Of a stretch of DNA of 39,995 nucleotides, positions 16,346 through 22,062 are shown one piece after another. The DNA comes from an uncultured Candidatus Saccharibacteria bacterium (lineage in GTDB: Bacteria; Patescibacteriota; Andersenbacteria; CAZYLA01). The notes beneath the pieces are model-generated. The model was not told the DNA's origin, did not search any database, and saw only the letters and a program-made list of their open reading frames with translations. Position numbers and translations under genes: made by a program. The DNA is taken from positions 1 to 39,995 of the forward strand of contig CAZYLA010000001.1 of NCBI GenBank assembly GCA_964648435.1. Reading direction: 5' to 3'. The number at the start of each line of letters is the position of its first letter. Positions within the stretch are counted from its first letter, which is position 1.

Positions 16346-16603
16346 TTAAGTTTTTGATTTTTTGCCTTTTTTCTTTTTTGTCTTTTCTTTAGCGAGGCGT
16401 TCTTTTTTCTTCTTAAGAATTTCTTTAAAGCGGTCAACCCGGCCGGCGGTGTCAACCAGTTTTTTGTCACCAGTATAAAAAGGATGGCAGGCAGAGCAAA
16501 TCTCCACGTGCATTTTAGGAACCGTGGACTTGGTTTTGATTACATTACCGCAGGAGCAAGTAATCGTGGCTGGTCCGTATTTAGGGTGAATGCCTTTTTT
16601 CAT
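16346..16603 (-). CDS. rpmE: Ribosomal protein L31 with a Lys-rich C-terminal extension
   Basis: MKKGIHPKY ... CSCG ... [10 protein letters not shown] is typical of Zn-binding type A L31. Confidence 0.9.
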   Translation of the reverse strand: MKKGIHPKYGPATITCSCGNVIKTKSTVPKMHVEICSACHPFYTGDKKLVDTAGRVDRFKEILKKKKERLAKEKTKKKKGKKSKT

Positions 16604-16779
16604 AGTAATTTAATTGTAACATATCTAGGGACTTTTTTCAAGTTTAAAAAGTAGTTACAAGATTCTAAAATTTAACCTCTAAATTCTAAATAAATCCAAA
16701 ACTCAGAAATTCAAAGCTCAAAATCCAAAAATATTTTCAGAGTTTAGAATTTAGATTTTTTGAATTTAGGTAAAAAAGA

Positions 16780-16812
16780 GCCCTGTTTCAAAATTTTCTT
16801 TCAAAACAGGGC
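16780..16812 (-). terminator. Rho-independent terminator of the orphan gene
   Basis: Minus strand reads GCCCTGTTT-N15-AAACAGGGC followed by TCTTTTTT. Confidence 0.7.
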
Positions 16813-16838
16813 ATGGAGATGTTCCTGCCTAGCTATCG

Positions 16839-17381
16839 CTAGGCAGAGACGATCACGTTGCCGGTTGGGGTGGTCTTGACTTTGACCGGCCCTTTGGTGT
16901 TGCTGGTACTGGAGCCCTTGTCCGTGACTGGCGGGATTTCGGCAGGCTCATTGTCTGTCGTGTCCTTCGTGTCCGTGCGGATCCTTGCGACCGCGAACAG
17001 ACGGGGCAGGGTCACCTCTTTGTCTTCCTCATCGCGGCCTTTGTACCGCAACCGGATCAGGTTTCCGCAACGGTCCTCCAGTCGGGCACCCGGCTTTACA
17101 ACAACGATGTTTTCGCCGATCCACAGAAACAAACCATCCATTTGCAGGGGGTCTGCTCCCGGAACCAGGTTGATGATGAGGAGCTTACTCTCGTTGTCCG
17201 CCAGAAATTCGGCGGAGTACGGTTTCCACTGACCACGGTAGCGGTCATGCGTGAGCACGGGCACGCTGTGCACCCATGACCTGATTGTGTTCTTCGCGTT
17301 GGGGAACCGAAAATACACCTCACTACCCGGCCTTACATAGGGGGCATTGCTGTTCTTCTCCGTCACGTTGACAACTGGCAT
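16839..17381 (-). CDS. Orphan 180-aa protein encoded by a compositionally foreign (high-GC) segment
   Basis: ATG preceded by GGAGGAGG SD. Three hand-counted 60-nt blocks give 60, 62 and 53 % G+C, versus 25 % for block 16621-16680. No TM helix and no motif I recognise. The C-terminal third is a low-complexity T/K/D/P-rich stretch. Confidence 0.75.
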   Translation of the reverse strand: MPVVNVTEKNSNAPYVRPGSEVYFRFPNAKNTIRSWVHSVPVLTHDRYRGQWKPYSAEFLADNESKLLIINLVPGADPLQMDGLFLWIGENIVVVKPGARLEDRCGNLIRLRYKGRDEEDKEVTLPRLFAVARIRTDTKDTTDNEPAEIPPVTDKGSSTSNTKGPVKVKTTPTGNVIVSA

Positions 17382-17475
17382 GATACCTCCTCCTTTTCCC
17401 TCTTTTCTTTTTTAGAGGGAAGTTATAGAGTGTAGTGTTCACGTCAGGATTTATACTATTCTATCCTGACATTAC

Positions 17476-17504
17476 ATCTTAGCATATTTAAAAAAATTTG
17501 TCAA
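17476..17504 (-). promoter_or_regulatory. Near-consensus promoter driving the orphan gene
   Basis: Minus strand reads TTGACA (17504-17499), 17-nt spacer, TAAGAT (17481-17476); about 95 nt upstream of the ATG. Confidence 0.6.
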
Positions 17505-17612
17505 GGAGGAATTTATAAAAAATGCCATTTTGTAGCTAAGATTAGCTAAAAATTGCGAAAGACAGCATTGCGGCTTAGAGTGTTTTGAGTCGCAATTTTA
17601 GAATAAAGAGAA

Positions 17613-17654
17613 AGCGCTGAAAAATCACGCGGCGCCGCGTGATTTTTCAGCGCT
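17613..17654. repeat. 42-nt perfect palindrome between the orphan-gene promoter and the rpsB promoter
   Basis: AGCGCTGAAAAATCACGCGGC / GCCGCGTGATTTTTCAGCGCT. Confidence 0.9.
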
Positions 17655-17698
17655 AAGTCAACAGTCTCAATTGTTAACCGTCAATCGTTATCATTCTC

Positions 17699-17727
17699 TT
17701 GCCAAAATCTTGTGCATCTGCTATATT
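17699..17727 (+). promoter_or_regulatory. rpsB promoter with an extended -10
   Basis: TTGCCA, 17-nt spacer ending in TGC, TATATT; 40 nt upstream of ATG 17768. Confidence 0.6.
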
Positions 17728-17767
17728 AAAATTAGAAAATTATTAGTCCATATTTCTTTTTTTTATT

Positions 17768-18514
17768 ATGACTACCACCAAAGAAAAAACAGCTTCTGAA
17801 ATTTCAATAACAGACCTCCTTAGAGCTGGAGCTCATTTTGGTCACAAGCGTTCGCGCTCTCATCCAAAAATGGGAGTATATGTTTACACTACTCGCGACA
17901 GTATTCAGATTTTGGATCTTAATAAAACCCTCAAGAAACTCAATGAGGCACTTTCTTTTGTTTCTAAAGTTGCAAAAAGGGGCGGCATTATTCTTTTTGT
18001 GGGTACAAAGCGCCAGGCAAAAAATATCGTTAAAGAAGGCGCTCTTTCTTGCAAAATGCCCTATGTTACTGAACGCTGGCTTGGAGGGACATTAACAAAT
18101 TTTGAAACAATCAAAAAAAGCATTTCTAAACTGGAAGAATTAGAAGGAAAAAAGATGAGTAAGGCATGGAAAGAATATACTAAAAAAGAAAGGCTTCTTG
18201 TTGAGCGGGAGATTAAGAAATTAAATCAAAATTTGGAAGGGATTCGCAAAATGGATAAATTGCCAGACGCAGTTTTTATAGTTGGTGCAAGTAGTGACAA
18301 GACGGCAATTAGAGAGGCAAACCGCAAGGAAATTCCAATTATTGCTTTAGCAGACACTGACTGTGATCCTACCAATATTGACTATTTAATTCCAGCCAAT
18401 GATGACGCGGTAAAAATAATTAAAATGATAGTGAAATTAGTGGCTGAAAAAATTAAAGAGTCGAAAGGATTACCTGAAGAAAAAAAGAAAATTAAAAAAG
18501 AAGATGAGAAGTAA
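17768..18514 (+). CDS. rpsB: Ribosomal protein S2
   Basis: LLRAGAHFGH, ILFVGTKRQA, ERWLGGTLTNF, DAVFIV...ALADTDCDP. Confidence 0.95.
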   Translation: MTTTKEKTASEISITDLLRAGAHFGHKRSRSHPKMGVYVYTTRDSIQILDLNKTLKKLNEALSFVSKVAKRGGIILFVGTKRQAKNIVKEGALSCKMPYVTERWLGGTLTNFETIKKSISKLEELEGKKMSKAWKEYTKKERLLVEREIKKLNQNLEGIRKMDKLPDAVFIVGASSDKTAIREANRKEIPIIALADTDCDPTNIDYLIPANDDAVKIIKMIVKLVAEKIKESKGLPEEKKKIKKEDEK

Positions 18515-18518
18515 AAAG

Positions 18519-19016
18519 ATGACTAACAAAGAAGACATTAAAAAATTGCGAGAAAAAACTGGTCTTGGTATTCTTGAATGTCAGAAACTTTTAAAGGAAG
18601 CCGGTAATGATTTTGGCAAGGCCTTAGAAGCAGCTCAAAAAGCCCTAAAAGAAACTGCTTTGAAAAGAGGAGAAAAAGAGACCAAGGAAGGCGTTATTGT
18701 TTCCTATATTCACCCGAATAGAAAAATCGGAGTTCTTTTAGAACTTCTTTGCGAGACAGATTTTGTTGCTAAAAACAAAGAATTTTTAGAGCTTGCCAAT
18801 AACTTGGCAGTCCATGTTGCGGCTCTTGCCCCAGAATTTTTAAGTGTCGAGGACATGCCCAAAAATTTGTCAAAAGAAGAAAAAGAGGCAAAAGCGCTTC
18901 TTTCCCAGGATTATTTCAAAGAGCCGAGAAAAAAAGTGAATCAGCTAATTGCTGAAAAAATTCAGAAACTTGGTGAAAATATTCGGGTAGGCAGATTTGT
19001 GAGATATCAGTTATAA
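18519..19016 (+). CDS. tsf: Elongation factor Ts, short form (alternative start 18504)
   Basis: IKKLREKTGLGILECQKLLKEAGNDFGKA (UBA-like N-terminus), SYIHPNRKIGVLLEL. Only about 165 aa. Confidence 0.88.
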   Translation: MTNKEDIKKLREKTGLGILECQKLLKEAGNDFGKALEAAQKALKETALKRGEKETKEGVIVSYIHPNRKIGVLLELLCETDFVAKNKEFLELANNLAVHVAALAPEFLSVEDMPKNLSKEEKEAKALLSQDYFKEPRKKVNQLIAEKIQKLGENIRVGRFVRYQL

Positions 19017-19206
19017 GCTAACTCGGGAGGGGAAAACCTGAAAGAGGGGTTTTTCTTCCCGATCCTCCCAACATTTGTGCTTTGCACAAATGTTGGGGCT
19101 GTCTCCCCCTTTTAAGGGGTCTTCGTACCAAAATAAATTCGAGGGCTTAGGCAGATTTTTCCCAACACCTTATGTCGGAAAAAATCTCATTTATATTTCA
19201 TTACTT

Positions 19207-20004
19207 ATGTCTAAAATTGCTGAAGTTAAAATTCATTTTTGGGATAAACCGCGTTTTTATAGAGTGGAGGGTATAGAAAAGTTAGTTAAAGGAGACACAG
19301 TTATTGTTAAAACTGAGCATGGTCTTGAAGCTGGTGAGGTTCTAACAGTTCATAAGCGCTCCAAAGGTTTTACTGTAGAAAAGGAAAAAATTTCTCGCAA
19401 AGCAACCCAGAAAGATTTAGAGGTTATTACTTGCCACAGCGCAAAAGAGGCAGAAATCCTTGAGAAAGCCCGGAAGAGGACGCGCGAACTTAAGTTGCCC
19501 ATTAAAATCATTGATGTCTCTTTTACTGTTTCAGGCAATAAACTAATTTTTGCTTTTATTGCCGAAGGCCGGGTTGATTTTCGGGAGCTTGTTAAACGCC
19601 TTTCAAAAGACTTTCAGCGATTAATTCGGATGCAGCAAATTGGCTCTCGAGACGAAGCCAAAGAGAGTGGCGGTATTGGTATCTGCGGCCGCTCGCTTTG
19701 TTGCGCATCTTTCTTAAAAAATATTGAGAGTATTACTACTGATATGGCCCGGACTCAGCAGATTATTAGACAGGGCAACCAGCGGATTACTGGCGTTTGC
19801 GGCCGGCTAATGTGCTGTCTTGCTTTTGAAGAAGAGCAGTACTTGGAGCTTGCAAAAAACATGCCCGGAATTGGTGAAGAAGTAAAAACTCGCGAAGGAA
19901 GAGGAGAAGTTGTCGACCGTAATATTTTAAAACAAACTGTCACTGTCGAGATTCCAAAGAAAGACGAAAAAATAAAAATTGAAATCCCGGTTTTAGAGTT
20001 ATAA
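19207..20004 (+). CDS. PSP1 domain protein (YaaT/RicT-like)
   Basis: FAFIAEGRVDFRELVKRL, IGICGRSLCCASFL, GVCGRLMCCLAFE. Start most likely MSKIAEV (ATG 19207); the track extension covers intergenic hairpins. Confidence 0.8.
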   Translation: MSKIAEVKIHFWDKPRFYRVEGIEKLVKGDTVIVKTEHGLEAGEVLTVHKRSKGFTVEKEKISRKATQKDLEVITCHSAKEAEILEKARKRTRELKLPIKIIDVSFTVSGNKLIFAFIAEGRVDFRELVKRLSKDFQRLIRMQQIGSRDEAKESGGIGICGRSLCCASFLKNIESITTDMARTQQIIRQGNQRITGVCGRLMCCLAFEEEQYLELAKNMPGIGEEVKTREGRGEVVDRNILKQTVTVEIPKKDEKIKIEIPVLEL

Positions 20005-20321
20005 AGTTTTATTGCATTATAATAACCCTTGAAGTTCTAAAAACAAATTTCCTTAAAACCACTTATTATAAAATCCCAAATCCAAAGCTCAAATATCAAA
20101 TCAAATCCAAATGGCTAAATGTCAAAAATATAAATAATAAATATTTTGGATTTTGAGCTTTGAGCTTGATTTGAAATTCTTGCCCGCCTAAATTTTGCGA
20201 AGCAAAACTTTGGCGGGTGAAGATTTTGACATTTGGATTTAATAATACTATTTTTACCCATAAAACTTTCTTTGAGAGAAAATTCTTCTTTATAACGATA
20301 ATACTATCAAACTAAACATAA

Positions 20322-21212
20322 ATGATGTATAACCTAATCCCAGTGTTAATAATCATTGCCTCACTTTTTTTAATTATTTTTTTGGTGCTCCGGCGAATGC
20401 CTGAAGCTAAAGGGAAAGTCGAGAAAGAAAAAGAAGAGGTAAAAGAGATGCCAAAAGAAAGCGAGGAAGAACTTCTTAAAGCTCAAGAGAAAAGAATTCA
20501 GCTTAAAAAACCCTTTCTTTGGCGTCTCAAAAAAAGAATCTTGCAAGTAAAAGCAGGAAAAGAGAAGAAAAAAAGGTGGTTTCGTTCGCTTACGCCGCCG
20601 CGAAAGCCGCGGTCGTACCCCCAACCATCTTTAAAGGAGAGGGAGAAAGTAGAAAAAAAAGAGGTGATTGTTGCGTCACAAAAGACCGCGGCGGCAAGAC
20701 CCGCCTTTACTAAAAGAAAAATGGTTAAGATGGAGAAAGTCGTTGCTCCTCTTAAAAAAGGGGTTTATTTAGGAAGTCAGCTTTTTAAAAAGAAACGGCT
20801 TGCCAAACAAGAAATTGAGCTTCTTGAACAACTTGATCTTCGACCGGACGATTACCAAATTTTAAAGGAGTTAAGCCAAGTTTATATTAAAAGAAAAAAA
20901 TATGAAAAAGCCGCTGAGATGCTAAAGCGGTTGATTGAGGTTAAACCAACTGATTTTTATACTTACGGCGATCTTGGATTTGTAAGTTTAAAACTTGGTA
21001 ATTACACTGAGGCGGTTGAAGCATATAAAATGGCGGTTGACCATGATCCCAAAAACGTGGAATATTTGAAAAATTTAGCGATGATTGCAGAAAAACTTGA
21101 TAATATGCCCATGCTGAAAGCAACTCTCGAACGTCTTTTAGAGATTGAGCCAGATAATAAAAAAATAAAAGTTCAATTAAAAGAACTTGAAAAACAATCA
21201 AAATTATTGTAA
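20322..21212 (+). CDS. Membrane-anchored TPR-repeat protein
   Basis: N-terminal TM helix, a Lys-rich linker, and C-terminal TPR-like repeats (YEKAAEMLKRLIEVKP, YTEAVEAYKMAVDHDP). Confidence 0.6.
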   Translation: MMYNLIPVLIIIASLFLIIFLVLRRMPEAKGKVEKEKEEVKEMPKESEEELLKAQEKRIQLKKPFLWRLKKRILQVKAGKEKKKRWFRSLTPPRKPRSYPQPSLKEREKVEKKEVIVASQKTAAARPAFTKRKMVKMEKVVAPLKKGVYLGSQLFKKKRLAKQEIELLEQLDLRPDDYQILKELSQVYIKRKKYEKAAEMLKRLIEVKPTDFYTYGDLGFVSLKLGNYTEAVEAYKMAVDHDPKNVEYLKNLAMIAEKLDNMPMLKATLERLLEIEPDNKKIKVQLKELEKQSKLL

Positions 21213-21230
21213 ATAGAACCTTCTATGCCA

Positions 21231-21277
21231 CTGCCCACCAAAAAATCCGCCTTTTTGGCGGATTTTTTGGTGGGCAG
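21231..21277. terminator. 21-bp perfect hairpin built from an inverted copy of the tRNA-Tyr 3' end
   Basis: CTGCCCACCAAAAAATCCGCC-TTTTT-GGCGGATTTTTTGGTGGGCAG, 19 nt after the stop of the TPR gene. Confidence 0.65.
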
Positions 21278-21287
21278 GGAGGGATTC
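21263..21287 (-). repeat. 25-nt direct duplicate of the tRNA-Tyr 3' end plus trailer
   Basis: TTTTTTGGTGGGCAGGGAGGGATTC is identical to 21410-21434. Confidence 0.9.
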
Positions 21288-21414
21288 CTCCTCGCTCCAA
21301 CTCGGAGCCGGGGCGCTACACCCAAAAGCTCCTTTGGGTCGCTTTTTTCTCGCGCCCTTCGAATCCCTCTATCTTTCAATAACCAAAAAAAGATTACTTA
21401 AAAGCAATCTTTTT

Positions 21415-21500
21415 TGGTGGGCAGGGAGGGATTCGAACCCCCGAAGGCGTAAGCCACGTGGTTTACAGCCACGCCCGTTTGACCACTTCGGTACCTACCC
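21415..21500 (-). tRNA. tRNA-Tyr (GUA), class II long variable arm, CCA encoded
   Basis: Minus strand: GGGTAGG TA CCGAAGTGGTCAAACGG G CGTGG CTGTAAA CCACG TGGCTTACGCCTTC GGGGG TTCGAAT CCCTC CCTGCCC A CCA. Confidence 0.9.
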
Positions 21501-21560
21501 TTTAGGTAATTTACAGAATACCAGATTTTTTAGCTTTTTTCAAGCTCCGCATCTTTTTCA

Positions 21561-21584
21561 GTCGGGGGCGGGATTTGAACCCGC
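21561..21584 (-). pseudogene. Orphan tRNA 3' fragment (T arm plus acceptor 3' strand)
   Basis: Minus strand: GCGGG TTCAAAT CCCGC CCCCGAC. No matching 5' half, D arm or anticodon arm lies upstream. Confidence 0.6.
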
Positions 21585-21611
21585 GTCCTTAAGTTGCTGG
21601 TCAAATTTGTA

Positions 21612-21687
21612 TGGAGCCCAAGAGCGGATTCGAACCGCTGACCTACTCCTTACCATGGAGTTGCTCTACCGACTGAGCTACTTGGGC
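21612..21687 (-). tRNA. tRNA-Thr (GGU), CCA encoded
   Basis: Minus strand: GCCCAAG TA GCTC AGTCGGTA GAGC A ACTCC ATGGTAA GGAGT AGGTC AGCGG TTCGAAT CCGCT CTTGGGC T CCA. Confidence 0.92.
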
Positions 21688-21761
21688 GCGAGAGGGTTTG
21701 ACTGTTTACAGTCTATCATTATTTTAGGTGACTTTTCAAGTTGTTTTTCTTGAAAAATAAC

Positions 21762-21790
21762 TTGAAAAATGCGTTCAGAGATGTTAGAAT
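21762..21790 (+). promoter_or_regulatory. Promoter for the plus-strand composite tRNA transcript
   Basis: TTGAAA, 17-nt spacer, TAGAAT; ends 12 nt before 21803. Confidence 0.55.
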
Positions 21791-21802
21791 AAATGTCATA
21801 AG

Positions 21803-21826
21803 GCCGGCGTAGCTCAATGGTAGAGT
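21803..21826 (+). pseudogene. tRNA 5' third (acceptor 5' strand plus D arm) with no contiguous anticodon arm
   Basis: GCCGGCG TA GCTC AATGGTA GAGT. The D arm is near-identical to that of the nested tRNA-Thr. Confidence 0.65.
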
Positions 21827-21835
21827 CCCGACAGA

Positions 21836-21908
21836 GCCCGCCTAGCTCAATTGGTAGAGCAACGCTCTTGTAAAGCGTAGGTTGTCAGTTCGATCCTGAC
21901 GGCGGGCT
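21836..21908 (+). tRNA. tRNA-Thr (UGU), no encoded CCA, nested between tRNA fragments
   Basis: GCCCGCC TA GCTC AATTGGTA GAGC A ACGCT CTTGTAA AGCGT AGGTT GTCAG TTCGATC CTGAC GGCGGGC T. Confidence 0.9.
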
Positions 21909-21925
21909 CTGTCGGGATAAACAGT

Positions 21926-21955
21926 AGGTTGTGGGTTCGAATCCCTCCCCCGGCT
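21926..21955 (+). pseudogene. tRNA 3' fragment (variable loop, T arm, acceptor 3' strand)
   Basis: AGGTT GTGGG TTCGAAT CCCTC CCCCGGC T. One T-stem mismatch; 6 of 7 complementary to 21803-21809. Confidence 0.6.
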
Positions 21956-21975
21956 GAAAAAGGTGTGGGGTAAAT

Positions 21976-22041
21976 AGGTCGTCAGCTTGTCCCGCACCCT
22001 AGCGAAGCTAGTGGTGCGGGGTTTGATCCTGACCGCCGGCT
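21976..22041 (+). pseudogene. tRNA 3' fragment with a 36-nt segment inserted in the T loop
   Basis: AGGTC GTCAG [21986-22021, containing hairpin 21991-22020] TTTGATC CTGAC CGCCGGC T. The acceptor strand is 7 of 7 complementary to 21803-21809. Confidence 0.6.
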
Positions 22042-22062
22042 CCGCTATAAAAGAAAATTACA

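Noticed and set aside
16858-17232. Plus-strand ORFs (124 aa and 62 aa) and a 75-aa alternative minus-frame ORF inside the high-GC orphan gene
   Set aside because: High-GC DNA keeps several frames open. Only the 180-aa minus frame has an ATG with a strong SD, a promoter and a terminator.
16839-17381. Prophage, IS or integrative element carrying the high-GC gene
   Set aside because: The flanks contain no integrase, transposase, terminal inverted repeats or target-site duplication. The foreign composition is confined to the ORF itself.
21334-21753. 139-aa plus-strand ORF across the tRNA cluster
   Set aside because: It reads straight through tRNA-Tyr, a tRNA fragment and tRNA-Thr(GGU) on the opposite strand, so it is not a plausible gene.
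21827-21916. Archaeal-type bulge-helix-bulge intron or group I intron as an explanation for the nested tRNA
   Set aside because: The leader/trailer helix is continuous, without the two 3-nt bulges of a BHB motif. The 73-nt insert is itself a complete tRNA and is far too small for a group I intron core. The outer gene also lacks a credible 7-nt anticodon loop with U33 after any simple excision.
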